Assembly (NCBI GenBank): GCA_032718475.1
Contig: JAUCBJ010005493.1
Span: 1 to 55,277 of the forward strand
DNA length: 55,277 bases
Origin: Nemertoderma westbladi
Taxonomy: Eukaryota; Animalia; Xenacoelomorpha
Reading direction: 5' to 3'
Shown: positions 37,801 to 49,908 of the stretch, in pieces
Layout: each line of letters begins with the position of its first letter
Numbering within the stretch: the first letter of the stretch is position 1
The notes under the pieces: model-generated
The model's database searches: none
The model's input: only the letters and a program-made list of their open reading frames with translations
What the model was told of the DNA's origin: nothing
Program-made: the position numbers and the translations under genes

Positions 37801-40277
37801 TATAGTAGCCTACCTAAGAGTGGAAACTCCGGATGGAATCAAAGTCGCCTTGGTTACCTCTAAGGCATTGATAAACAACAAGTTGAAAGTTCCTCGAGCG
37901 GAGTTAAAAGCGGCTCTATACGCTACAGCCATCGGCCGGAATGTAACAGAACAGATCGATTATCCGTTGGAGAAAACTGTCTATTGGACCGATGCTTTAC
38001 TCGTGTTGGAGTATATAACCAATGAAGTCTGTCAGTTCAGCGTCTTCGTTACCAACAGAGTAGCCATTATACTTAGTCGCACGAAGATGGATCAATGGAG
38101 ACATTGCCCCGGAACGATTAATCCAGCAGACATCGCTTCCAGGGGAGCAACTCCACAAGAACTGATAGATACTCCAGACTGGTTAGGTGGACCCGACTTC
38201 CTAAGCAAAGAAGAGGATGAATGGCCTCCTCATCTTACTACGGCAGAGATTAGACAGGCCAAGGGAGCAGAGAAAGTCAAACCTAAATCTCAGGCGAGTA
38301 AATCGAAGTTATTTAAACCCGTGGTAGATCTGTCTGTACTACACACTTCCGGAGACGACGATTTGAATCCGAAACCCACAGCCACAAATAAGTCTGTTGT
38401 GGAAATCAGAGAGAGGGATTGGAAATCTGGAATACCAGACGTCTCGCAAGGACTCTCACCTCTCCTGCAGAGAGCGATATATCACTACAGTTCCTGGAAT
38501 CGGCTCTGTAAGGCCGTTACATATTTAAAGCGATGTTTTCATCATCACTACTCCAGGGCGAAGACCAACAGTGATACCGCTCCACTGACATCTGTGCAGG
38601 TCCATGTTGTTAAAGATCTTCCCAAATATAAGATATCCGACAGGTTTCTGAAGGAGAAGATCAGTTATCAGGAGCATGAAGAAACCAATAAGCAGATGCT
38701 GAGACTCCTGCAATGCTATGAGGATTCCGATAAGTATTTCCTGTTGTTGAGAAATCCACAGATGTGCTTAAGGGATCGTTTCTCTAGCACAATGATAGAT
38801 GGGTTGATACGTGTTGGAGGAAGATTAACTAATGCTCCATTATCCTTTGACACCAAGTTTCCCATACTCATTAGAAATCTTGAAATACAAATCAAGATGA
38901 TTGTAGATGTTCACAGCAAACTTTATCATGCTGGTAGAGAACGAGTTCTTAGCGAAATTCGAACTCGCTATTATTTTTATAAACCCCGTAGAGCTCTGAA
39001 CCAAGTTCTTAGGAACTGCATACCCTGTAGGAAAGCATTCAGTAGGCCTTTAACACAGCGAGAGGCAGAATTACCTAGGGAACGAGTAAGCTTCTATGAA
39101 CCACCCTTTACTAATACAGGTGTAGATTTATTTGGCCCTATTGAAGTATATCGTGCTAGGACTATAGTCAAGAGATGGTGTGTCATCTTTGTTTGTATGA
39201 CTTGTAGAGCTATCCATCTCGATATGGTGAACGATTTATCTACCAACAGCTTCCTATTAAGCTTACGACGACAGATCGCTCGCTTTGGAACTAGTAACAC
39301 GATGAGATCTGATAAGGGAACGAACTTCATTGGTGCCAACAATGAAATCAAAGCTTACGTCAAAGATTGGAACCAAAGTCAGGTTGACGATCAGCTAAGG
39401 GTAACAGCGTCTAGCTGGACCTTCAACGCCGCCGACGCCCCTTGGTGGGGAGGAAGTTGGGAGAGATTAATCAGGAGCGTGAAGACCGCATTTCACTTTA
39501 TAGTGCCGTGCCGCGCGTATCTCACCGACGAACTTTTGCGGACGTTAATGGAGGAAATCGCCGCCTATCTCAACGAGAGACTGCTTATGCCAGTCTCATC
39601 GAGTCCCGATTCCCTGGAAGCGCTAACACCCGCACACTTCCTACTGAAGAAACCTGTAGCCATGCTCCCACAATCGGAAATCACAGACGGAGACGAATAC
39701 TGCCGGCAAACTTGGCAACTTATGCAGTTGTTATCCCATCGTTTCGCTGACCATTTCGAAAAACATTATCTGCCCACGCTACAACTTCGAACTAAGTGGT
39801 TTGCGCAGCAAGAAAACGTCAGCGCTGGAGACATGGTCCTTATTGTGGATTCAGATCTTCCACGTAAGCGGTGGCAGACAGGACGTATCATCGAGACTCA
39901 CATCTCGGATGACGGTTTGGTGTGATCGGTAGAACTCGTCGTCATGCGACGTAACTTCAAGAAACCGGGAATTGTCTTCGAGACACAGCAGCTCAATCGC
40001 CCAGTTGGTCGTTTATGTTTACTGGAAAGAGACAGAGAACTCTCCAGAAACTATGGAAGACAAGATACTCTTCCCACGACCACCTCCCTAATCCAACAAA
40101 CATCTAGGGACTCCCCAGCTTAGCAGCGTCTGGAGTGGGTGTGTGACCATATTATTTTATATTCTTATTATTTTATATTTATGTATGTATTATTATGTAA
40201 TTTTATTATAATCGTTTTCTTTAATTTTATTTAGTAGAATGTTATTTTAGCGATTATTTAGTAGATTAGTGCAATAT

Positions 40278-43200
40278 ATCGTCGGTATTTTTTCAAAACC
40301 CCACAAACGACATTTTTGTCAAAAATGAGATATGTGTGTCACGTTATACTAGACAATAATCCGAGGTTATTCTAAACATTTTATAGGGCTACCATTGGTG
40401 GAATTAACATTATATGACAAATTGTTAACCACACAATCGCCATTCTCCAGGGAATGGTTTTTTCAAAACCCCACAAATGACAAAGTCTATGAGATGCTAT
40501 TTTATTTTTCAAAAACCACACAAACGCCAAATGGACAGTTATAATTCAATTTAAAACACCACAAATGACGGAACCTACCTGGGAGCACATTATACTCAGC
40601 TATTTTTTTTAGCCAACCAGCAATTAGTAACATGGTTTTCTCTCAAATAGACACCCAGCTGATTTGGACTACCTATTAATAGCTGTATATATACAGGTAC
40701 AGGTACAGGTATACTGCATTTTATTAATTTCTGCGGTTTTTCGTACATGCTATACATTGCCCTGAAACAATGGAAGAGACTCTGGATTTAGAACTTCTTG
40801 AAATACTTGTGAATAAAGAGGGGGATGTTGTAAATGACGACGTATCTTCAATAATGGTTGATACCATGAGTGCAGAAAGTGGGAATCTGGAAGCCCAACA
40901 GGATGATTTGGTAGTTGTCAATTTTACTGAGGTGGAACCAGCAAATTCAGATGTGGATCCAGAATATGACTATGAAGGGAGTAGCTATGTTCCTTCAGAT
41001 TCCAGTAGCTCTGATGACTTTTTTCCAGGTTTTAAGGATTCTACACCTTCGGCTGTTCTTTCTACGGGTGTGGTTGGTGCTGTGGTTGGAAAACCCAATG
41101 CAAAGAAGTCCAAGTTTCCATATGAGACTGGAAGCCGCAAGGATGCTTGTTTGAGAGGATTATCCTTTGTTTCCTCAAAGGGGAAGGTTCATGTTGAAAA
41201 AAAGATTCGCCCGGTCCCATGCAAAAGTTCGTGCTTGCGTCAGTGCAATAAAATTCCAGAGAATTTGCGGCAACAAGTGTTCACTGAATACTATTCCTGT
41301 CCCACAATAATCGATCAGCGTGCATACCTTGCATCATGTGTTGAAGTGTCTCAAGTTCGACGACATCGTAATGGTAATGATACACCGGTACGCAATCAGA
41401 CAATGACCTATTCTATCGCGTTGAGGGGTGGCCATAGGAAACAAGTTTGCAAGAAATTTCTAGAATGCACATTAGATGTTACGGCCGAGGAACTTCGTAC
41501 TATATCGAAGAAGAAATCAATAAGTGGGGGCACCACAACGCCAACAATTGGAAGGGGCGGGAGACATAACATTATTTCTGAGTCCAAAAGAAATGATGTC
41601 AGGGATTGGATTGGGGAGTTGCCGGCCCTACCTTCACACTATTGTAGAAAAAATTCTTCTCGAAAGTACCTCCCGAAAGAAGTTAGAAGCATGAAAAATC
41701 TGTATCGGATGTACAAGAGAGAGAAGCCAAGGGGTGCAAAGTTTGGAACATTCAGGAGTGTTTATTTTAAAGATTTCAATCTTGGAATCCATATGCCAAA
41801 GAAAGACAAGTGCAATTTGTGCATGCAGTACAAAAGGAAGGAAATTAGTGATGACATGATTAAAACTCATAACGAAGAAAAGGAGGCTGTTGGTGTTGTC
41901 TTTACAACTGCACAGGAGCGAACAGATACATGATTTCGTTGCGCGAGTTTCGACCTACAGAAGGTACTGAACACTCCACATACAGATTCGATGCTTGTAG
42001 GATATTCTCGAAGGTATGCCTATTATAATGAGACCGTTTATGAAAGCCATACTCAGAGGGGCATATGTTTTCTGTGGGGAGAATGTGATGGAAAACGTGG
42101 ATCTAATGAAGTCGCATCGGTTTTGTATAAGTACCTAAATGATGTAGAAAATCTTTGTATTGTTAAGGAGGTTCATCTATTTTGTGATTCTACCAGCGGG
42201 CAGAACAAGAATCGAATGGTTTTGTCAGCCTTATTCCAGGTATTGAGCCATTTTACTAACATCTTAACCATATCCATTACTTTCCTGCTACCAGGTCACA
42301 CTGAGATGCCAGTTGACTCTGTTCATTCTACAATTGAAACGTTTGTTAAGCATAAGGCTGTCTGGGGTCCTTCTGAATGGCCAACAGTTATCCGTATGGC
42401 GCGTCATACACCATTTCCATATGAAACAGTAAAGATGGGTCGTGATAATATTTTCTCTTGGGATAAGAATCCTGAATTCAAAAACAATGTCAATGAGATC
42501 GGCGAAAAAGTGGCGTGGAGCCAGATTCGAAATGTGAAGTTTGTAAAAGAGAACACTTCTGGGAAGATTAGTATTTTTTATACAGAGTCGGCTCAAAGTA
42601 ATGCTGTTGAACATTCTATTATCGTACGTCAGAGGCGCGGTCGGCCTTCTGATAACGTTAGACACCTTCCTGAGATTGCTTATAAGCACCCAGTTGCCAT
42701 CTCCACTGCAAAGTACAACGATTTAATGAAACTCTGCAGAAAGGGAGTAATTCCACCTTCTTATTGCTCAGAATATGAACGAATGGTCTCACTCAACTCT
42801 GTCCCGGATAGGTTGAATGAAACAGATGAGGAGGATTCTGACTTTTAAGAATTGAAATATCAATTGTCTAAACACTCTTATATTTTTGAAATATTTGAAT
42901 TGATCTAAAAAATTTATTCTTGATATCCCTTACTGACCTATGTAATATTAGTTTTATTCATTGGCGCATAATGATAAAAAAAATATCTATCATTGCGAAA
43001 CATGGCATTTGTGTTGTTTTGAAAAACAATGCTTTCAATACAATTTATATATAAGCAATTTTTTCAAAACAACATAAACGCCAAATTTATAAATTAAACA
43101 AATTTAATGCAATTTTGTATACTTTACTTTTATTTTATCAAATCGATAATTAAATTTATAATTCACTGAGACTTGTTTGGATCTATTTCACTAATTTCAG

Positions 43201-43278
43201 ATTTTTTTAGGTGTTTTTTTCTGTTTATGAAAAATGAGGTCAATGGTGTTTATGGGGTTTTGAAAAAATACCGACGAT
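40278..43278 (+). mobile_element. DNA transposon, probably Sola1-like, nested in the retrotransposon 3' region
   Basis: TIR atcgtcggtattttttcaaaacccca is 26 bp perfect and about 37 bp with mismatches. ATAT flanks both ends (termini ambiguous by 2 bp). Subterminal ttttcaaaac...caaa.g.c motifs at about 40460, 40505, 40553, 43005 and 43060. Confidence 0.85.
40770..42848 (+). pseudogene. DDD-type transposase (~692 codons) interrupted by one in-frame TGA at 41931-41933
   Basis: ORFs 40770-41933 and 41991-42848 are in the same frame and are bridged by FRCASFDLQKVLNTP. Motifs SHYCR, PKKDKC, FDLQ, CDSTSGQNKN, GHTEMPVDSVH. Confidence 0.88.
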
Positions 43279-43649
43279 ATATTAGTGTTTATTACTTAAT
43301 TACTTATATATTATATATTTACAGCGACGGCGAGAAATAATTATTTTTCTCTTTCCTTACTGTCCGTATTACATTACAAATACGTAACTACAGTAAGATG
43401 AAATCTCCGTACTTATTAAAGTACAATAAAGCTCCTACTATATTCAAGTATTATCGGTAAAGTAGAGTATTAGGAATGCAAAATTCAGATCCTCGTGTCT
43501 CGGCTAAACCAAGCTCTGGGTAGACCTTGGAAACGACTTGCCTCTTCTCACTGACATTGCTTCGTGCGATATTGCTCTCATACCGTATATTAAATAATAC
43601 ATATAGTAGCGTGATGTCCCTTTAACAGTAGCGTAAAACGCAAAAATAA

Positions 43650-43965
43650 ATCTGTTAAACCCTTTGACCATCTGTAATTCTAGTCGATTAAGATATCGCG
43701 GCACCCACCGATATACTTGAAAGACAAAATCCTAGAATCAGTGGTTAACGTCCCCAGACAAGTTCTGGAATAAACTGGTGCCCATCCTAAATATTAATTA
43801 TTGATATTTACAAAATCTGTTAAATTTCAGATCCTTTAAAATTCTAGTCAATTAAGATATCGTAGCACTTACCGATACTCTTAAAAAGACAAATTTCCTA
43901 GAATCAAGGATCTCAGTCCCCAGACATGCTCTGGAATAAAATTGTGTCTATTTAATATTAAATAA
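43650..43965 (+). repeat. Diverged ~165-bp tandem duplication in the retrotransposon 3' region
   Basis: aatctgttaaa...aattctagtc.attaagatatcg...cctagaatca...ccccagaca...ctggaataaa occurs twice. Confidence 0.75.
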
Positions 43966-44759
43966 TAAAATTTGCGGGAATAAATTTAAATTCATATTTT
44001 AATGAATTTGATAAATTGTCATCTTTCTACAATTTATAACATTCCCAAAATTCCATTAATTAATAGATCATGGGAGCGGAGATTCACCCTATTAAGTGTA
44101 TTAGTGTGCGAGAATCTCCAATATATAGTCAATAGCCGATAAAATTCATAAAATCATGTATAAAGAGGAATATTGACAATTAAAGAATTACTATTAAATA
44201 GCATCCCAGATCTGTATGTATGAGAATTACCCTAATTCTACCGCTAGCTTTCCATAATGTCACCATGGCAACAACCACGCTAGAATTAGAAGTGAGTTAA
44301 AAGAACAATAAAGGCTTGCCCCATTGAATAGCATAGGGAATAAATAGCACACTGCTAGTATCCAAGGATACATAATAATAACGTGGCATTCTGGAAGGCA
44401 CTGACTAACGGACAAATGGCCCGAATGTGTGCGGTTTGTGACAGTTGTGTGGAATTTGTGCGTTTATAGGTGAATGTTACTACTGAAGTGTGTTTACAGT
44501 AGCGAGTCGCAATTGTGAAAGTAGCCCTAACTCTCCAGTAAGAACCTGAAGTAAATCTAAGCCTTTGGGACGGACGGTGGAGTGACTCGCGCTGGTTGTT
44601 GTGGTCGTTGTGCAGCTACGACGTTGGCGATAGGCACATCGGTGAAAGTACACCAGCGCTGAGGATCTTGCGCTGTCCGGGGGCCGAGAGGGGTAGGCAG
44701 CGACGCTCGCTAGCCTAAATATAAACTCATTATAATATTGATAAGCTCATATAGCAGCT

Positions 44760-46118
44760 ATGACTCAGTTGATAGAAGATGATCTTGGTATCAGGGAGAA
44801 ATATACTCTACCGTTGCAAGCGTTTGTTGATAGCTTGACACGCAGCGACGCTAGTCCAACTACTACGGAGGACGATGGTCGTTATATCGAACCGCCAATG
44901 TCCCAGGAGCAACTCACTCGTGAATTGGACTATCGAAAGTTCACTGCTCGCTATGCGCATTGTAATGGTACGTATATGGACTTCTTAACTACTGGCCATC
45001 CTGTCGATTTACACGATACGGACGATATCGACACCGAAAGGGAAGTGGTCCTATTTAAATATCATACCCAGCGGAGTCGGAGCGATAAATTGAGAATCGA
45101 ATACGAAAATTCTATTCGAAATCGACTCGAAAGAGAAGACGTTAAAGAACCGGATAAACGCGGTAACTCCAACGTATATTTGGAATTCTTGAGAGAAACA
45201 TTGTAAAACCGAATAAATATCACCCGCGTTTCCCCTACAAGACGTGCGTCTTTGGTATTATTGCAATGAATGCCCAAGACCCAACCAACAAACAGAAAGA
45301 CATAAACATCCGCGGAGACGTTGCTTTAAACACGGTTTTACTCGCTATATTTACGGGAGTTTCGAGCGAAACTTGTTCGATGTATCACCTACGCTCGCTC
45401 GATTCAAACAATCCTTAAATAAACCTATGATCAGAGTTCCGGAATACTCGGTCAGACCTCCTCATTCCCTAGTTAGACCTCAGACTCTTGATCCTAATAG
45501 TATCACGGATCCTCCCGAACTGTCCTCACTGTTCAAAGATCTAGTGTTACCCGAACAGTTAGTCGGTGGCACTCCGGTTGTGGGCTCCCTAAATATTCGC
45601 CCATCTTACCTAGTCGGATTGGGACGCGGACATCTAATATCGTCATTCAACCGTACCATCGTCCCTGTTTAACCCGATACAACCTGTCACCGAGGCGGAG
45701 GAGAGAGTTGTACGAAACGTGTTGGACACTATTCGTCAAAAGAGCGGAAAATGAACCTACAATTGTTTAGAGAAACGTAAATTGCAGCAGCAAGTCCAAG
45801 CGGTAAACGAATTAACTTTATCTCAGTTCGATCAGGAAATTCAGAATCTCTAAGAAAATATCGAACTTGGACGACCCTATTCTCTGCAAGAGTTTTGGAC
45901 GAACGCATCCAACGATAAGCGGAGGAAAATCAGCTCAAGGAGAAGCATATCGAAATGGACGAGACATCGACCGTAACCCTAAACCTTCAGATGCAATTGT
46001 ATTGCACCCTTTACCCAAGGGTTATAGCCCTCCTAGTAAAGTGGCTCGCCCCAAAGAGAAAAGGACTCTTGCTAGCCTCAAAAAACTGCATAAACGCCGT
46101 CCGCGCAAGAAAAACTAA
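44760..46118 (+). pseudogene. Probable decayed accessory ORF of unknown function between pol and the 3' LTR
   Basis: TATAAA at about 44720 and ATG at 44760. Consecutive same-strand coding-like segments (148 aa, 142 aa with CNEC...H...C..H, a coiled-coil-like stretch with stops, basic tail KKLHKRRPRKKN). Confidence 0.5.
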
Positions 46119-46187
46119 CTGTTTAGAGTATTTCTATATTTTAGAAACTGTGATTTTTATATTTTAAAGAATTAAATCCCATTTTCT

Positions 46188-46195
46188 GGGAGCGG
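46188..46195 (+). promoter_or_regulatory. Polypurine tract (GGGAGCGG) abutting the 3' LTR
   Basis: Lies immediately 5' of the TGT at 46196. Confidence 0.7.
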
Positions 46196-47380
46196 TGTAA
46201 AAGCTTTTGCGGAATTAGCTGGTTATTTTTCCCGCAAAGTACTCTGTAGTTGGTTTAACGGACATAAAAAGCCGTTTCCTTACTGTACCGGTGTTTTAGT
46301 GGACATAAAAAGCCATTTCTTCTGTATGTGTAATTTAGCGGACATAACTAGCAATTCTATGTCGCAATACGCTAAAATCCCCTTGAAACAGTGTAGTTAC
46401 TATGACGACAGCTAACAGCTGATCTGTACACGTGGAGCTTTTTCTTTGTTCTCTGTCGTTTCTTTGTTCAGTCGACCAATCAGAGCGTTTTTTGACTCTG
46501 TGTTGGAGGTTGTATACAGAAACTCATGAATTGAGTCAGTATGTGTATTTTGTCCACAGCCAGAAGACCGGCTTTGGAACCTCTGTGTTTTCAGGCTTTA
46601 GCCCAACATTAGTAGGCTTAATCATAGAAACGTATATCTGTTATCTTAACAAATCAATCATAACATAACTCACTCACCTAATCATATTGTCAACTACAAA
46701 CACCGCATTTTTACTGCTATTTACTGTCGGTTATTCATTATATCAGTTGATGGAATATTGTTATATTTGGATAATATCGATCAATAATCAGAAACCCCAA
46801 TCTTCTTGATATACTGAAGGTTAGAGAGACCGGTTACATATAACAATTGCGACTTACATTAAAGTGGTTTTGGAGTGAATCTAATGATATTTCATAGGCA
46901 TTACATGAGTCGGTTGTTGTTCTCTTTATATGTGACTAAAATTAGTGAAGGTCGGCAGATCGGTGTGCAGCATTGTGCGGTAGTGTGCATGATTGTGACT
47001 GATAACAAAGCATCTCCTAAAGAATGCGCTATATACGTGAATCCATAGCCATCCCGTTGTGTCTAGTGTAAGTCATAACTCTGTTTACATATTTAGAGCG
47101 CCACGTCCTAAAGGAACTGTTAATATTTCCCGAAAGTGAATAATATTTGTCAGAGACTATATATTACGATCAGTCGAATAATACAGTAGGCCTACACCGC
47201 AATAAGGTTAGGCTTCCGAATCCAGTCTCCCGGGTATATCCAGCGGGTGAATGGTCGCGAATAGACTGGCTTCGGCTAATGTAGTGTATCAAATACTCGT
47301 CATAGGCTAAAGTCGATTTATTATCTAGAAGACATCCAAATTTGGCAGGTTAAACTGCTAAAGGTCTGAAAGCGCGAACA
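46196..47380 (+). repeat. 3' LTR (1185 bp)
   Basis: Near-identical to 27978-29162 and followed by TSD AACCT. Confidence 0.96.
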
Positions 47381-47709
47381 AACCTCTTTGGAAGCCTTTA
47401 AAACAGTCAAACAATCACGTATGTTCAGCATACTTGCGCATTATACGGAATTCTTGAGGGAATTGTTGGAGCAATCATGTCACTTACTACAATGGTTCGA
47501 CGACATTTGTATGTACCGCCCATAGTGAGGTTGATATGTGTTTTCCGTTACTTCCCGACCCAATTGTAGTCTATCTGGCCCAGAACTAGTCTTGCCGACC
47601 GAACCAAATATGCTGTTCCTACTTGCCCAATTGCCATTGCCCGAAGTCATTATAGCTCATTGTCTTCAAATATGTAGCTCATTCTAGGTCATCCAACTAT
47701 GGGACTAAC

Positions 47710-49133
47710 TGGATATAGCTGTGTATAGATGAGTATAGGCGAATCTCTGTTTATTGGCTGAGTATAGGTGAATCTGTGTTGTATTAGCTGAGTATAGGTG
47801 ACTATAGCTGCGTATTAGATGAGTGTAGATGAGTATATGTGAGTATAGCTGAGTATAGGTGAGTATAGATGAGTATAGCTGAGTATATGTGAGTATAGCT
47901 GCATATTAGGTAAGTATAGCTGCGTATTAGGTGAGTATAGCTGAGTATAGGTGAGTATAGATGAGTATGCTGAGTATAGGTGAGTATAGCTGAGTATATG
48001 TGAGTATAGCTGCGTATTAGGTGGGTATAGCTGAGTATAGGTGAGTATAGATGAGTATAGCTGAGTATATGTGAGTATAGCTTGCGTATTAGGTAAGTAT
48101 AGCTGAGTATAGCTGCGTATTAGGTGAGTATAGCTGAGTATAGGTGACTATAGATGAGTATGCTGAGTATAGGTGAGTATAGCTGTGTATATGTGAGTAT
48201 AGCTGCGTATTAGGTGAGTATACCTGAGTATAGGTGTGTATAGAGCTGAGTATAGGTGAGTATCTAGCTGAGTATATGTGAGTATAGCTGCGTATTAGGT
48301 GAGTATAGCTGAGTATAGCTGAGTATAGGTGAGTATAGATGAGTGTAGATGAGTATAGATGAGTATGGGTGAGTATATGTGATATATAGCTGCGTATTAG
48401 GTGAGTATAGCTGAGTATTATAGGTGAGTATTTAGCTCCGAGTATAATAGGTGAGTATATAGATAAGTATAGGTGTGTATATAGCTGAGTATAGGTGAGT
48501 ATATGTGAGTATAGCTGCGTATTAGGTGAGCATAGCTGAGTATAGGTGAGTATATGTGATTTAGCTGAGTATATGGCGAGTATTATAGCTGAGTATAGGT
48601 GAGTATAGCTGCGTATTAGGTGAGTATAGCTGAGTATAGGTGAGTATTATGAGTATAGATGAGTATGCTGATTATAGCTGCGTATTAGGTGAGTATAGCT
48701 GAGTATAGGTGAGTATAGATGTGTATGCTGAGTATATAGCTGCGTATTAGGTGAGTATAGCTGAGTATAGATGAGTATAGCTGAGTATAGATGAGTATAG
48801 CTGCGTATTAGGTGAGTATAACTGAGTATAGGTGAGTATAGGGGAGTATAGATGAGTATGCTGACTATAGGTGAGTATAGCTGAGTATAGCACCGAGTAT
48901 AGGTGAGTATATAGAAAAGTATAGGTGAGTATGCGAGTATAGCTGAGTATAGGTGAGAATAGATGAGTATGCTGAGTATAGGTGAACATCTGCGTATTAG
49001 GTGAGTATATGTGAGTATTATAGGTGAGTATAGCTCCAAGTATAGGTGAGTTTATAGATAAGTATAGGTGTGTATAATAGCTCCGAGTATATGTGAGTAC
49101 TGCGTAGATAAGTATAGGTGAATATAGGTGAGT
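47710..49133. repeat. ~1.4-kb minisatellite, 10-bp unit TGAGTATAG(C/G/A) with recurring TGCGTATTAGG variant
   Basis: Direct reading. The Y/S/T/H/L-rich ORFs here are repeat artefacts. Confidence 0.95.
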
Positions 49134-49149
49134 CTGGGTTTTAGCACGT

Positions 49150-49270
49150 ACCCACTAGTTAATCTCCCAGCTCAGCTGATTGTACCCCGTACAACTCACT
49201 AATTATATCTCTCACATCAGCTGATTGTACACCCTACAACTCACTAACCTATTTCTCCCTGCTCAGCTGT
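49150..49270. repeat. Degenerate ~45-bp tandem repeat (about 2.5 copies) spanning the splice donor at 49248
   Basis: tcagctg recurs at 49172, 49217 and 49263; tgtac....tacaactcactaa occurs twice. Confidence 0.75.
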
Positions 49271-49908
49271 ATTCTCCGCGTATTTGCGTTTACACCCGAC
49301 GGTTATACGCTCCCCGGGCATGTATCCCTTCACTTTGATAGTTGGAGGCTCCACGATTACCATGGCCTGCAGGTCTATCTTAGTCTGGGGCTCGGGACAC
49401 GGGATGATCTCCTTGATACAGGAGAAGTCGAGATCGGGTTGCCAAGATCCGTCGAATTGGCAGGAAGTTCGGATGGATCCGCCTTCCGCCTTCACCACGA
49501 ACCCAGTCTCGCAACCGTAGTTTGCTATCGCGCCGTTGCTGTATATCTCCGTCTTGTTGTTCCGGCTGTTAGTAATGCTGAGTAGAACGGCAGGCGGGTC
49601 GGGTATTGGCGGCCCCGCGCAGTCCAGTGGGTCCTTGGCACAACGGTAGTCCGCTCTAGCCGGCACCCACGCCCCGTTGTGGCAGTCCACCACGGTCCCA
49701 CCCACCGGCGAGTAACCCGGTTTACATACGTACACGATCGTTTTCCACAACTTCTTGTTGCCAAGAACGGCGGGGTTTTCGAAGTTTCCGTTGAGTGGTG
49801 GTGGCGGGGGCGGGCTGCATTCAGGGGTCGCCTTCACGCACGTGTGAGCGGGTCTTTCACTCCATTTTCCAGAAGCGAGACATTTAATCACATATTCAAT
49901 TTTTCCAA
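49249..49908 (-). CDS. Exon (phase 1-1), Sushi/CCP repeats
   Basis: Acceptor ttctttcattag, donor G|GTTAGT. Motifs YVCKPGY...CHNGAW and YGCETGF...CQFDGSW. Confidence 0.9.

Larger units (their letters stand above)
31850..40123 (+). pseudogene. BEL/Pao gag-pol polyprotein, disrupted by a LINE insertion at 34189, a frameshift near 37700 and a TGA at 39923
   Basis: Gag KFNGDEMKW...KLRFLIECLEG. Three zinc knuckles (CALCDGPHRLNVC, CYNCLRQGHQRRTC, CAKCGAKHHILLH). Protease LLDSGS; RT VRVVFDGS, SDIEGMF, YMDD; RNase H LHVFGDAS; integrase GVDLFGP, SDKGTNF, WERLI. The frame continues past the TGA to RPVGRLCLLE and a TAG at 40123. Confidence 0.93.
27978..47380 (+). mobile_element. Full-length BEL/Pao LTR retrotransposon (19.4 kb including two nested insertions)
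   Basis: TGT...ACA LTR pair, 5-bp TSD AACCT (27973-27977 and 47381-47385), and Gag-PR-RT-RNaseH-IN order with Pao-type motifs. Confidence 0.95.

Noticed and set aside
39923-41933. In-frame TGA codons in integrase and transposase as programmed readthrough or an alternative genetic code
   Set aside because: Host exons and LINE ORF2 contain no in-frame TGA. The integrase case fits a CGA-to-TGA mutation in the usual DGLVRSV motif, so ordinary nonsense mutations suffice.
44760-46118. env gene in the retrotransposon 3' region
   Set aside because: No signal peptide, transmembrane segment or fusion-protein pattern is visible; kept only as an unknown accessory region.
48647-49039. ORFs rich in Y/S/P/I/L/T/H
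   Set aside because: Translations of the 10-bp minisatellite.
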